Assembly (NCBI GenBank): GCA_001799695.1
Contig: MGTY01000063.1
Coordinates: 23,255-87,254 of the forward strand
DNA from: Elusimicrobia bacterium GWA2_69_24
GTDB taxonomy: Bacteria > Elusimicrobiota > Elusimicrobia > UBA1565
Length of the DNA: 64,000 nt
Direction of reading: 5' to 3'
Shown here: positions 10,183-19,297 of the stretch, piece by piece
Layout: each line of letters opens with the position of its first letter
Position numbering within the stretch: position 1 is the first letter of the stretch
Made by a program: the position numbers and the translations under genes
Notes under the pieces: generated by a model
What the model was told of the DNA's origin: nothing
Databases searched by the model: none
What the model saw: the letters and a program-made list of their open reading frames with translations, nothing else

Positions 10183-11088
10183 TCAGCGCACGCCCAGGCG
10201 GAGCAGGGGCCGCAGGGGCAGAGGCCGGAGGCGGGTCTCCAGCCCGCGGTAGACCTTTTGGTAGCGAGGGGCCTGTTCGAGCCTCAGCGCGGGGAACCGC
10301 CCCAGAAGATCGTCGGCGATCTCCCGCTGGAGTCGGGCCAGGCGGATATTCTCCGCGGCGGAGGACCGCCGGGCATAGCGGAGCTCGTTGATCTCGATCT
10401 CGACCTCGCAGAAGTCGACGCGGGCCCAGAGCTTGCGGGCCGTCACCCGGTCCACGGAGACGGTGAACACCGGGCCCTCGGGGTCTTGGATGTAGACCCG
10501 GTCGCGGTGCTGACGCACCACGACCACGGGGACGAGGTCGGCCGGGGCGACGCCCAACAGAGCCGGGAACGCCGCGCTCGCGGCTCCCCGGTCCGCGGAT
10601 TTCAGCATGGCGAGGAACGGATAGACCGGCTCCGACCCGTAGGGCGCGACCTCGCCCGCGACGCGGTTCTTGACCTTGTACTTGATCTCCTGCGGCGCGC
10701 CGGTTTCCGGCGTCGGGACCTTAACCTGGACCCATTCCTTGACCTTGTAGCGGACGTCCTCCCCCGTGTACCGCCGCCGATGGCGCACCTCCACGTCCTT
10801 ATCCAGCAGGGCCAGGCCCGGGGTGTCGTAGTAGACGTCGGTAAAATCCTCCGAGGCGGACTCCTGGGAGGCTCCCGGGCCGCCGAAGCGCCGCAGGACC
10901 CCCGCGTCGCGGTAGCGCTCCGAGATGTACGCCCTCACCGGCTCCACCTGGCCGGCCGGCACGACGAGCTTGATATCCTTGTCGATGCGCGCGGGAGCGG
11001 CCGCCTCTCCGGAAGCGGCCGGAAGGCTCCCGGCCAGCCACAGGCTCAGGAAAACTGCGGTCAAACCGCTCACGGGAGGACGCACCAT
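10183..11088 (-). CDS. exported CYTH (triphosphate tunnel metalloenzyme) domain protein
   Basis: DIKL, DVYYDTP, VRHR, QVK and EVEIE motifs; signal peptide; start chosen 7 nt after TATCAT (alternative ATG 11097). Confidence 0.75.
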   Translation of the reverse strand: MVRPPVSGLTAVFLSLWLAGSLPAASGEAAAPARIDKDIKLVVPAGQVEPVRAYISERYRDAGVLRRFGGPGASQESASEDFTDVYYDTPGLALLDKDVEVRHRRRYTGEDVRYKVKEWVQVKVPTPETGAPQEIKYKVKNRVAGEVAPYGSEPVYPFLAMLKSADRGAASAAFPALLGVAPADLVPVVVVRQHRDRVYIQDPEGPVFTVSVDRVTARKLWARVDFCEVEIEINELRYARRSSAAENIRLARLQREIADDLLGRFPALRLEQAPRYQKVYRGLETRLRPLPLRPLLRLGVR

Positions 11089-11126
11089 GGAGGCCATGAT
11101 ATCAAACCCCGCGGCGCGCCCCCGGA

Positions 11127-11432
11127 CTATTCCTCCACGTGCTCGCGGCCCATGCGCACCAACTGTTCGACATGGACGTCGTCCAGGTGATAGAGGATCC
11201 TCTTGCCCTCGCGGCGGCACGCGACGAGACGGGCCTGACGCAGGGTCTGCAGCTGGTGGGAGACGGCGGAGATCGTGACGCCCAGCGCGGCCGAAAGCTC
11301 GCCGACGGCATGCTCCCCTTTGGACAGGATGAGCAGCAGCCGCAGGCGCCGCGGGTCGCTCAGATGCTGGAAGAGGTCGGCCAGGTCCTGCAGGGACGCC
11401 TCATCCAGGCCGCGGGCGAGGGTCGGCTTCAT
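11127..11432 (-). CDS. ArsR/SmtB family metal-sensing repressor
   Basis: LSDPRRLRLL, SAVSHQL and YHLDDVHV...EHVEE alpha5-type metal site; ATGA overlap with the permease. Confidence 0.9.
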   Translation of the reverse strand: MKPTLARGLDEASLQDLADLFQHLSDPRRLRLLLILSKGEHAVGELSAALGVTISAVSHQLQTLRQARLVACRREGKRILYHLDDVHVEQLVRMGREHVEE

Positions 11433-12688
11433 CCGCGGACCGTGTAGCCGGCTTTCAGCACGGCCTGGCAGGCCTGCTCTCGGTCGAGCGCCCGTCCCCA
11501 GAGCCTGGCCAGGCCCTTCTCGACGTCCACCTCGACGCGCAGGACGCCCTGGACGCCCTCGAGTCCCCGGCGGACGTGCGCCGCGCAGTTGGCGCAGGTC
11601 ATCCCTTCCACCTGGAGCGCCAGTTCCTGCGCGCCCGCGGCCCGGGCGGCGCCGAGACGGCCCTTGAGCCAGTCGCGCAGGTCCAAGAAGGTCCAGCGCA
11701 GGAGCAGGGCGGCGAGCGCCGCCGCGGAGACGGTCTGGACGACCAGCCACAGACCGGAGTCGGCCGCGTGGTGATGCTCCGCCACGTGCCGCACCGTCAG
11801 GGCTCCGAACGCGCTCTGGAACAACAGCCCGGCCAGGACGCTCGAGACCACGATGGTCCCCAGATAGATGAGCATAACGCGGCGGCCCAGCACCCGGTAG
11901 ACGGCTCCGATAGTGGACACGTTCGTCGCGGGACCCGCCATCAGGAAGACCAGCGCGGAGCCGGCCGGCAGGCCCGCCCGGACCAAAGACGCCGCGATGG
12001 GGACGGAGCCGTTGGAGCAGACGTACATAGGCACGGCCGCGACCAGGACCGCCAGCATCCCCAGGGCGCCGCCCAGAGCTGGGAAGGCGGCGAGGTAGTC
12101 CGGGGGCACGGCCAGATTGAGCGCGGCCGAGACCAGGATGCCGACGAGCAGGTAGCGGTAGACGTCGCCGATGAGCTCCGAAACGCCGTAGCGGTACCAG
12201 CGCCGCCAGGCCGGCAGGGGCGGCTCGCTGCGCGGACAGGCGGCGGGCTCCGCCTCCGGGAGCTGTCCCGCGCCCCGGGCACGGGGAGCGAACCAGTGGG
12301 TGAGGAAGCCCCCCGCCAGACCCGAGACGAAGGTGACTGCCATCATGTAGAGGGCCATGGGCCAGCCCAGGAAGGAGGCGGTGATGAGGAGGCTGTCGGC
12401 CCCGGTCTGCGGGGTGCTGATCATGAATCCCACGACCGCGCCGTTGGTGGCGCCGCTCTTGCGGAGCCCGATGGCCGTCGGGATGACCCCGCAGGAGCAC
12501 AGCGGCATGGGCACGCCCAGGAAGACGCTCTTGACCACGCTGGCCAGCCCGGGGGTCCCGATCTGCCGGAGGATGACGTCGGCGGGGAGGGAGTGCTTGA
12601 GGAGGGTCGCGATGGCGGCGCCCAGGAAGAGGTAAGGCGCGAGTTCGGTCAGGATGGTCCAGAGTTCGAGCGGGAATCGGGCGAGCAT
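11429..12688 (-). CDS. permease (DUF318/SO_0444-like metal efflux) with C-terminal HMA domain
   Basis: PLCSCGVIP, YVCS and GPATN motifs; C-terminal GMTCANC; GGAG RBS before ATG 12688. Confidence 0.9.
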   Translation of the reverse strand: MLARFPLELWTILTELAPYLFLGAAIATLLKHSLPADVILRQIGTPGLASVVKSVFLGVPMPLCSCGVIPTAIGLRKSGATNGAVVGFMISTPQTGADSLLITASFLGWPMALYMMAVTFVSGLAGGFLTHWFAPRARGAGQLPEAEPAACPRSEPPLPAWRRWYRYGVSELIGDVYRYLLVGILVSAALNLAVPPDYLAAFPALGGALGMLAVLVAAVPMYVCSNGSVPIAASLVRAGLPAGSALVFLMAGPATNVSTIGAVYRVLGRRVMLIYLGTIVVSSVLAGLLFQSAFGALTVRHVAEHHHAADSGLWLVVQTVSAAALAALLLRWTFLDLRDWLKGRLGAARAAGAQELALQVEGMTCANCAAHVRRGLEGVQGVLRVEVDVEKGLARLWGRALDREQACQAVLKAGYTVRG

Positions 12689-12704
12689 GAGGTCAGCTCC
12701 GCAG

Positions 12705-12753
12705 ACACTTGAATACTTGTTCAAATGTTAACAGTAAAGCGTGTCCGCGTCAA
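12705..12753 (-). promoter_or_regulatory. sigma70-type promoter with overlapping ArsR/SmtB operator
   Basis: Minus strand TTGACG-N17-TAACAT (12753-12725); imperfect inverted repeat ACACTTGAATACTTGTTCAAATGT at 12705-12728. Confidence 0.8.
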
Positions 12754-12777
12754 GGGCACTCCAGCGGGTCCCCGGGG

Positions 12778-14310
12778 TCACCACCAGCGGCCCTCGGCCC
12801 CCACGTCGCGCTCCCCCCCGGCGACGTCGAACCAGCGCTTGGCTCGCTGCGGGCGGCCCGGGAGCCTCCGCCCGCCCTGGCCCACCAGCCTCCCCTCCGG
12901 CAAGGCCCCCTCCGCCAGGAGCCGAGCCGCCTCCGCCTCCAGGAGCGCTGGAGGGGACCCGCCGGAACCCGCTGCCGCGGCGAAAGCCGCCCAGCGCTCC
13001 GGCTCGGAACGCAGGCGGCAGTAGGCGGCCGCCAGGCGGCTCGCGCGGACCAGGTCGCCGGCGCTGAAAGAACGGGTGCTCCGCACCAGCCCTTCCGGAT
13101 CCGTCTCGATCCCGAAGCGGTCCAGCATGCGGGCCAGGGGGGCGTTGGGAAGCACGACGAGGTCGAAGAAGGTGATCTGCGCGGCCGGCGAGAAGCGGAG
13201 CGCCCAGCCCACGCTTTCCCGGAAGGAGTCGTAATCGTCCCCCGGCAGGCCGAGAATGAGCTCCAATTCGACGCGGACGTTGGGATGAGCGATCAGGCTG
13301 CGGATGTTCCGCGCCGACCGCTCGAGGTCCAAGGGACGGCCGACGCTGCGCAAGGTCGGGGCATGGGTGGATTGTATCCCCAGGGCCAGCATGACCCGCG
13401 GCACCCGCCCCAGGGCCGCGACGGTCCCGGGGTCGAGGAACTCCGGGCTGAGCTCCAGGTACAGCACCCCGTTCCAGTCCCGGAAGACCTCGAGCACCCG
13501 GCGCGCCCGGTCCTGGTCCGCGTTCAGGGTAGGGTCGGTGAGGTAGACGGTCCCCGCGAAGCCGGCGCGCCGCAGCGCCGAGACCTCCCCCCGCAGACGG
13601 TCCAGAGCGAAGGTCCGCACCGTATGCCGCCCGGCGTGGTAGTCGCAGTAGACGCAGGCCCCGGCGCAGCCGCGGGACGTCTCCAGGCAGACCATCCCCA
13701 CCGCGCCCGGACGGACGGAGACCGCGCCGGAAAGGTACGGCGATGGGAGGGCGCCCAGGTCGGAGACCTCGCGCGCGGCTCCGGTCCACAGCGCCGAGTT
13801 TCCGCGGCGCAGCGCGAGACCGGGAACGGACTCCGCCGCCGTGCCGTCCAGCCAGGCCTCCAGGAGCCCCGCGAAGGGGACTTCCCCCTCCCCGGGGATC
13901 GCGCAATCCACGAAGGAGTGCCCGCGCAGGAAATCGCGCAGGCGGGCGGGGTCGCGCGGCACCTCCGGCCCTCCCAGGACCACGCGGACCCCGGGCTGCC
14001 GGGCCTTCAGCGCCTTGCAGGCGCGCAGGACCGCGTTCAGGTTCCATAGGTAGCAGCCGAAGGCCGCGACGTCCGGGCGGGTGCGCAGCAGCGCGGCGGC
14101 CGCCGCGGGCCCCCGGACGCCGTCTGTGAAGACGCGGTTCTCCATGACGCATCTCCCGGCGAGCCCGGGAACGGCCTGCGCGTAGGCGCGGACGGAGCCC
14201 AGGCCCAGCGGCAGGTCCGCGAGCAGCCGCACGCAGCCGTAGCGGTCCTCCGCCCCGCGCGCGCGCGCATGAGGCCAGAAGGTCTCGATATAGGAGAAGG
14301 CTACCCTCAC
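12778..14310 (-). CDS. cobalamin-dependent radical SAM protein (rSAM9)
   Basis: PDVAAFGCYLWN, GGPE, GEGE and ETSRGCAGACVYC; GTG start 1 nt after the upstream stop; 510 aa, paralog of 14312-15844. Confidence 0.9.
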   Translation of the reverse strand: MRVAFSYIETFWPHARARGAEDRYGCVRLLADLPLGLGSVRAYAQAVPGLAGRCVMENRVFTDGVRGPAAAAALLRTRPDVAAFGCYLWNLNAVLRACKALKARQPGVRVVLGGPEVPRDPARLRDFLRGHSFVDCAIPGEGEVPFAGLLEAWLDGTAAESVPGLALRRGNSALWTGAAREVSDLGALPSPYLSGAVSVRPGAVGMVCLETSRGCAGACVYCDYHAGRHTVRTFALDRLRGEVSALRRAGFAGTVYLTDPTLNADQDRARRVLEVFRDWNGVLYLELSPEFLDPGTVAALGRVPRVMLALGIQSTHAPTLRSVGRPLDLERSARNIRSLIAHPNVRVELELILGLPGDDYDSFRESVGWALRFSPAAQITFFDLVVLPNAPLARMLDRFGIETDPEGLVRSTRSFSAGDLVRASRLAAAYCRLRSEPERWAAFAAAAGSGGSPPALLEAEAARLLAEGALPEGRLVGQGGRRLPGRPQRAKRWFDVAGGERDVGAEGRWW

Positions 14311-14311
14311 C

Positions 14312-15844
14312 CTACCACCACCTCGGATAGGTCCCGACGTCTTCCCCGGCGGCGCGGGATTCGATCCAGCGATGGACCCGCGGCGCCCAGTCCGCGAGCC
14401 GCCGGCCACCCTGGCCCACGACGCGGATGTCCGGGATGCGCCCCTCGGCCCGCAGGCGCCGGACCTCGTCCTCCAAAAGCGCGGAAGGCCGCCGGGCGGA
14501 CGCCCCGGCCGCGCGTTCGAAAGCGCTCCAGCGCTCCGGGTCCGAACGCAGGTGCGAATAGGCCGCGACCAGCCAGCTCGCGCGCGCCAGGTCCCGCTCC
14601 GGGAAACCGCGGCAGCCGGTCACCAGCCCCGCCGCGTCCGCCTCCAGCCCGAAGTCCCCCCGGCTGGACGCCAGCGGGGAGTTGGGCAGCAGCACGAGGT
14701 CGAAAACGGTCAGGTGCGGCCGCCGCGGGGAGAAGGACAGCACCCAATCGATGCTGCCGCGGAAGGACGCGTAGCTTTCCCCGGGGAGGCCCAGGAGCAG
14801 CTCCAGCTCGACGCTGACGTTGGGATGGGAGAGCAGGGCGGCGATGTTCCGCGCGCTCTTGCGGAGATCGCAGGGCCGCCCGACGGCCGCGAGCGCTTCG
14901 GGAGACGTCGACTGTATCCCGATCGCCAATGAGGGGGCCGCCATGGCCGCGATGGCGCGGATGGACCCCGGCGTGAAATCCCCGGGAGTGAGCTCCATGT
15001 GCACGGGATTGGGCAGGTCCCGGAGCAGGCGGAAGACGGCGGCGCCGCGGTCCCGCGCGGCGTTCAGGCTCGGGTCGGTGAGATAGACGCAGCCCTGGAA
15101 ACCGGAGCGCCGCACGGCCTCCAGGTCCCGCCGCAGGCGCTCCGGGGGGAAGCGCCGAACACGATGGCGGCCGGCGTGATAATCGCAATAGGAGCAGCGG
15201 AACGGACAGCCGCGGGCGGTCTCCAGGGTGAGCATGCCCATGGCTCCCGGCCGGATGCTCAGCGCGCCGGATGCGTACGGCGCCGGGATGTCCCCGAGCT
15301 CGACGACGGGCGCGGCCGGGGGCCCGACCACGACCCCGTCCCCCTGCCGGAACGCCAGACCCGGGACCGAGACCGGAGCCTTCTTGCGCAGCAGCGCCCG
15401 CAGGAGGTCGCGGAAGGCGATCTCTCCCTCCCCGCGGACCAGGAAATCGGCCGCCGGGATCCCGGCCAGCAGCGCGCTCAGGGCCGCGGAATCCCTCGGG
15501 ATATCCGGCCCGCCCAGCACCACGAGGGGCTTGCGCCCCCTGGCGCCGAGCGCGTCACACACGCGCCGGACGCGTTCGGAGTTCCAGAGGGTGCAGGTGA
15601 AACCGACGAGGTCCGGGGCGCCGCGCAGGATCTCCGCCGCGGCCTGCGCGTCGCTCCCTCCGTCGGGGATGAGGAGGGTGCGCAGCTCCACGCGCCGGGC
15701 GAGCGCTGGATCCGCCTCCGCGAAAGCGCGCAGGCAGCCGATCCCCAGCGCGCCGTCCGCGGACAGCCGCACGCAGCGGTAGCGGTCTTCACCCCCGTCC
15801 GTCCGCGTCCAGAAGCTCTCCAGGTAGACCAGCACGACCTTCAT
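14312..15844 (-). CDS. cobalamin-dependent radical SAM protein (rSAM8)
   Basis: PDLVGFTCTLWN, GGPD, GEGE and ETARGCPFRCSYC; ATGA overlap; 510 aa. Confidence 0.9.
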   Translation of the reverse strand: MKVVLVYLESFWTRTDGGEDRYRCVRLSADGALGIGCLRAFAEADPALARRVELRTLLIPDGGSDAQAAAEILRGAPDLVGFTCTLWNSERVRRVCDALGARGRKPLVVLGGPDIPRDSAALSALLAGIPAADFLVRGEGEIAFRDLLRALLRKKAPVSVPGLAFRQGDGVVVGPPAAPVVELGDIPAPYASGALSIRPGAMGMLTLETARGCPFRCSYCDYHAGRHRVRRFPPERLRRDLEAVRRSGFQGCVYLTDPSLNAARDRGAAVFRLLRDLPNPVHMELTPGDFTPGSIRAIAAMAAPSLAIGIQSTSPEALAAVGRPCDLRKSARNIAALLSHPNVSVELELLLGLPGESYASFRGSIDWVLSFSPRRPHLTVFDLVLLPNSPLASSRGDFGLEADAAGLVTGCRGFPERDLARASWLVAAYSHLRSDPERWSAFERAAGASARRPSALLEDEVRRLRAEGRIPDIRVVGQGGRRLADWAPRVHRWIESRAAGEDVGTYPRWW

Positions 15845-17625
15845 GCCTCGGGTCCTCCGGAGCGCGGCGTGGGCCAGCGCCCCCAGACGGTCAGACCCAG
15901 CCGGGCCAGCCCGCCCGTGGTCGAGGCCGAGGGCGCGACGGAGGCGGAGTAGCGCAGGCTCAGGTGCGCGGCCTCGAAGGCCTCGGCCTCGCGGATGAAA
16001 TCGTCGATGGCCAGCTCCCCGGGGGCGCGGTAGGGCACGTTGAACGGGTCCAGCCAGCCCTCGGCCCCCGCGGGCAGGCGGAGTCCGAGCTCGGCGCGGC
16101 GGAGGAAGGCGCGCGTGAACCGCGCCAGGCAGAAGCGGAACAGGATGACCTTGTAGATGGTCTCCGCGCGCTCCGAGACCCAGCGCAGGGTGTCGTGGAA
16201 CGATTCCCGCGGCTGGAGCGGGTGGCAGAGCAGGAAGACGAAGGGCGCGATGCCGGAGCGCCAGCAGGACCGCAGCTGCGCGTCGGCCGGCTCGAGCTCG
16301 ATGCCCTTGGAGAAGGCGTCCAGCTCGCCCTTGGTCACCGTCTCCAGGCCGAAGAAGAGCTCCTTGCAGCCGGAGGCGGCCAGGTCCCGGAAATGCGCCT
16401 CGTCCAGCCCCGCGTCGAACCGGGCCAGGGATTCCCAGGTGTAGGCCGAGCCGCGCTCGCGCAGGGACCGGGCGAAGCGCCGCAGCACCGCTCCCGGCGC
16501 TCCGTTGTCGGAGAGGGTGAAATGAGTGCGCCCGTAGAGGCGGTGCATCTCGTCCATGTGGTCCAGGATGCGCGACAGATGGCGGTCCGAGACCCCCTCC
16601 TTGGGCGTGGAATGCAGCTCCGTGTAGCCGGGGAAGACGTGATAGCAGAAGGTGCATTGCGCCCAATGGCAGCCGCGGGTCAGGCGGACCGCGAGCGTCG
16701 GCATGGGATAGAGGTCCATGGGCAGGCCGTCATAGACCGGGAACTCCAGCGCCTCGAGAGGGATGGGAGCGGCCGGAGGCTCCGGAGCCCGGCCGCGCAG
16801 GACGACCCCGCCGATCCCTTCCAGACCTCGGCCGGAATCGACCCGGTCCAGGATCTCCAGGAGCGGGAGCTCCCCCTCGTGCAGCACCGCGGCGTCGAAC
16901 CGTTCGAAGAAGGCGGCGAACCCGGGCAGGAGCTCGCCCGCCGCCGTGCACCAGACCCCGCCCGCCACGATCCGGCTGGAGGGGGCCCGCTCCCGCGCCA
17001 GGCGCGCCAGGACCAGGGCCGGGATCAGCTGGGAGGCGGAGCAGAGCGTCACCCCGAACACCTTCGGGGCTCCCCGCGCCAGGACCCGGTCCAGGAATCC
17101 CGCGTAGAACTCCTCCAGCACGGGGAAGCGCTCGCGGGACAGGGCCGCGACGTCCTCCGCCGACCAGGACGGCGGGCGGAAGGTCACGGCGTCCAGGAGT
17201 TCGACGAAACCGCGCCAGGCCCCGGGCTCGGCCAGCGGCCGCAGGGCCTCCGGCAGCTCCGGCAGGGGGACGGTCTCCTTCACGTTCGAGAAGAGGTTCT
17301 CGCGCGCGGCGCGGCGATAGAGTTCCCGGGACGGAGAGCGCCCCAGCTTGAGCCGCAGCGGCGCGGGCTTGGCCGCGTTCATGGCCCGGGCCGCGCGGTC
17401 CAGGAAATCTCCGCGCGGGCCGCGCCAGGCCAACTCCCGGAAGCAGCGCTCCAGGACCTGGGGCCGGCACAGATGGCGATACATGAACTCCATGTTGGCG
17501 TCGGCCTGCGCGACGGTGCGCCCGTGCTTGCGGAGGTTCGCGGTCAGCTGCGGGATGCCGAGCTCGGGATGGGTGACGAGTATGTTGAGGGGCGGGAAGA
17601 CGAGCACGGCGTCCGGGGCGCTCAT
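15841..17625 (-). CDS. cobalamin-binding-type radical SAM protein (rSAM7)
   Basis: LVFPP...P.LGI, IVAGG, EGE and TRGCHWAQCTFC (Cx4Cx2C variant); FFGLE. Confidence 0.85.
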   Translation of the reverse strand: MSAPDAVLVFPPLNILVTHPELGIPQLTANLRKHGRTVAQADANMEFMYRHLCRPQVLERCFRELAWRGPRGDFLDRAARAMNAAKPAPLRLKLGRSPSRELYRRAARENLFSNVKETVPLPELPEALRPLAEPGAWRGFVELLDAVTFRPPSWSAEDVAALSRERFPVLEEFYAGFLDRVLARGAPKVFGVTLCSASQLIPALVLARLARERAPSSRIVAGGVWCTAAGELLPGFAAFFERFDAAVLHEGELPLLEILDRVDSGRGLEGIGGVVLRGRAPEPPAAPIPLEALEFPVYDGLPMDLYPMPTLAVRLTRGCHWAQCTFCYHVFPGYTELHSTPKEGVSDRHLSRILDHMDEMHRLYGRTHFTLSDNGAPGAVLRRFARSLRERGSAYTWESLARFDAGLDEAHFRDLAASGCKELFFGLETVTKGELDAFSKGIELEPADAQLRSCWRSGIAPFVFLLCHPLQPRESFHDTLRWVSERAETIYKVILFRFCLARFTRAFLRRAELGLRLPAGAEGWLDPFNVPYRAPGELAIDDFIREAEAFEAAHLSLRYSASVAPSASTTGGLARLGLTVWGRWPTPRSGGPEA

Positions 17626-17735
17626 CGGCAGGCTCGACGGCGCGCAGTCTTGCGGGCGCCGACGGCACTGTGCCCGGGCACAGTCGATACTGTTCGAGGC
17701 CCGCGACCGCCGAAGCCGATGTTATAGAGCTTCAT
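17622..17735 (-). CDS. putative 37-aa small ORF inside the radical SAM operon
   Basis: TGATG overlap with the upstream stop and ATGA overlap with the downstream start; MKLYNIGFGGRGPRTVSTVPGHSAVGARKTARRRACR; no homology recognised. Confidence 0.3.
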   Translation of the reverse strand: MKLYNIGFGGRGPRTVSTVPGHSAVGARKTARRRACR

Positions 17736-19297
17736 CAATAATGTCCGTCTGTTCGTCTGGGTGTTTGTTTTCCAAGCGCCGTTGTCGTTCGAACCCGACA
17801 ACGACGCGCGACCCCGCCGCGCGCGTTCGCGGCGAGCCAGGCGCGGGCCCCCTCCGCCACCCGCTCGGCGGGCACCGGGTCCGGGCCCGCGGCCAGGGGC
17901 GTCAGATATTGGAGCGCGCCGCGCTCCCACTCGGCCAGGGAGCGCTCCATGGGGATCCCCCGGGCTTCCAGGAAATCGGACAAAGAGGACGCCGCCGCCC
18001 AGAGCGGGCCGCCGCCCCGGCGCAGCGCGTCCCAGGCCGCGGGATGCCGGCGGAAGAAACTCAAACGAAGGGCAGTTCGGCGCCCGTCGCGCAGTTCGGC
18101 CGCCGAAAAGGTCCTCGTCGAGCGGACGCTGTAGGGAGGCTCCGCGTCGGCGCGGATGCCCAACTCCCGGCGCCGGCGATGGAACTCGGTCCCGGGGAAG
18201 AGCTGCATGGGGAAGACCTGCGCCTCGGGGACGTCCAGCGCGGACATCCACTCCAGGCTGCGCCGGTAGCCCCGCAGGTCGTCGCCGGGCAGGCCGAGTA
18301 TGAGCTGTATCGAGAGCCGGGCCTTCGGAGCCTTGCGCTTTAGGAGGTCGACGCCCCGGCGCACCGCCGCCTCGTCGAAACGGCGGCCGGCCGCGCGCAG
18401 GGCCTTCGGGTTCACGGACTGCACCCCGCCTTCCAGGATGAACCCGCGGTGGTCGCAGAGGCCGGCGAGCTTGGCGTCGATGTTCCCGAAATAGGCGTTG
18501 AACCAGAAGCGCGCCTCCTGCCGGGGATCGGCGGCGCGGATCGCGCGCAGGACCGCGGCGGCGCGCTCCCGGTGGAGGAACAGGTCGGGATCGGCGAAAT
18601 GCACCAGCGTCCGGGGATCCATGCGCAGGATGGCCCGGAGCTCGGCCGCGACCCGCTCCAGGGGAAAGTGCCGCGGCCGGACGCCGTTGGGCCAGGAACA
18701 GAAGGCGCACGCGTAGGGGCAGCCCCGGGTGGTCTCGATGGCCGCCCGGCCCATTCCGGCCCAGGCTTGGGGCAGGGGTCCGGACAGATAGGGGGACGGC
18801 AGGGTCTTCAGGTCGCGGATCGGCGTGCGCCCGGCGGTCCGCAGCGTCCTCCGGCCGCGGCGCAGGACCAGACCGGCCACGTCCTCGAGAGCGCCGCGGC
18901 CGAGCCACGCGCGCAGGACGCCGGCGAAGGTCTCCTCCCCCTCGCCCACGACCACGGCCTCCGCGCCCGTGCGGCGGAGCAGGCGCTCCGGATGGAGCGA
19001 CGCCTCCTGGCCGCCCAGGACGAGATGGATGCCGGGGATGCGCGCGCGCAGGAGCGCGGCCAGGCGGACGACGGCCTCCTCGTTGCAGAGCTGGCAATGG
19101 AGTCCCGCGGCGTCCGCGCCCGCGGCCTCCAGCCGCCGCGCCAGGGCGTCCAGGTCGTCCTCCATGGATTCGTCGACGATGGACAGCTCCACCGCGCCCA
19201 GGTCCGGCTGCGACTCCGCGTAGGCCTTGAGATAGCCCAGGCCCAGAGCGTTGGCCCGCTCCTCCCGCGGCAGCAGCGACACGAGGGCCGTCTTCAT
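17735..19297 (-). CDS. cobalamin-dependent radical SAM protein (rSAM6)
   Basis: LGLGYLKAYA, GGQE, GEGE, ETTRGCPYACAFCSW and LILGLPGD. Confidence 0.9.
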   Translation of the reverse strand: MKTALVSLLPREERANALGLGYLKAYAESQPDLGAVELSIVDESMEDDLDALARRLEAAGADAAGLHCQLCNEEAVVRLAALLRARIPGIHLVLGGQEASLHPERLLRRTGAEAVVVGEGEETFAGVLRAWLGRGALEDVAGLVLRRGRRTLRTAGRTPIRDLKTLPSPYLSGPLPQAWAGMGRAAIETTRGCPYACAFCSWPNGVRPRHFPLERVAAELRAILRMDPRTLVHFADPDLFLHRERAAAVLRAIRAADPRQEARFWFNAYFGNIDAKLAGLCDHRGFILEGGVQSVNPKALRAAGRRFDEAAVRRGVDLLKRKAPKARLSIQLILGLPGDDLRGYRRSLEWMSALDVPEAQVFPMQLFPGTEFHRRRRELGIRADAEPPYSVRSTRTFSAAELRDGRRTALRLSFFRRHPAAWDALRRGGGPLWAAASSLSDFLEARGIPMERSLAEWERGALQYLTPLAAGPDPVPAERVAEGARAWLAANARGGVARRCRVRTTTALGKQTPRRTDGHY

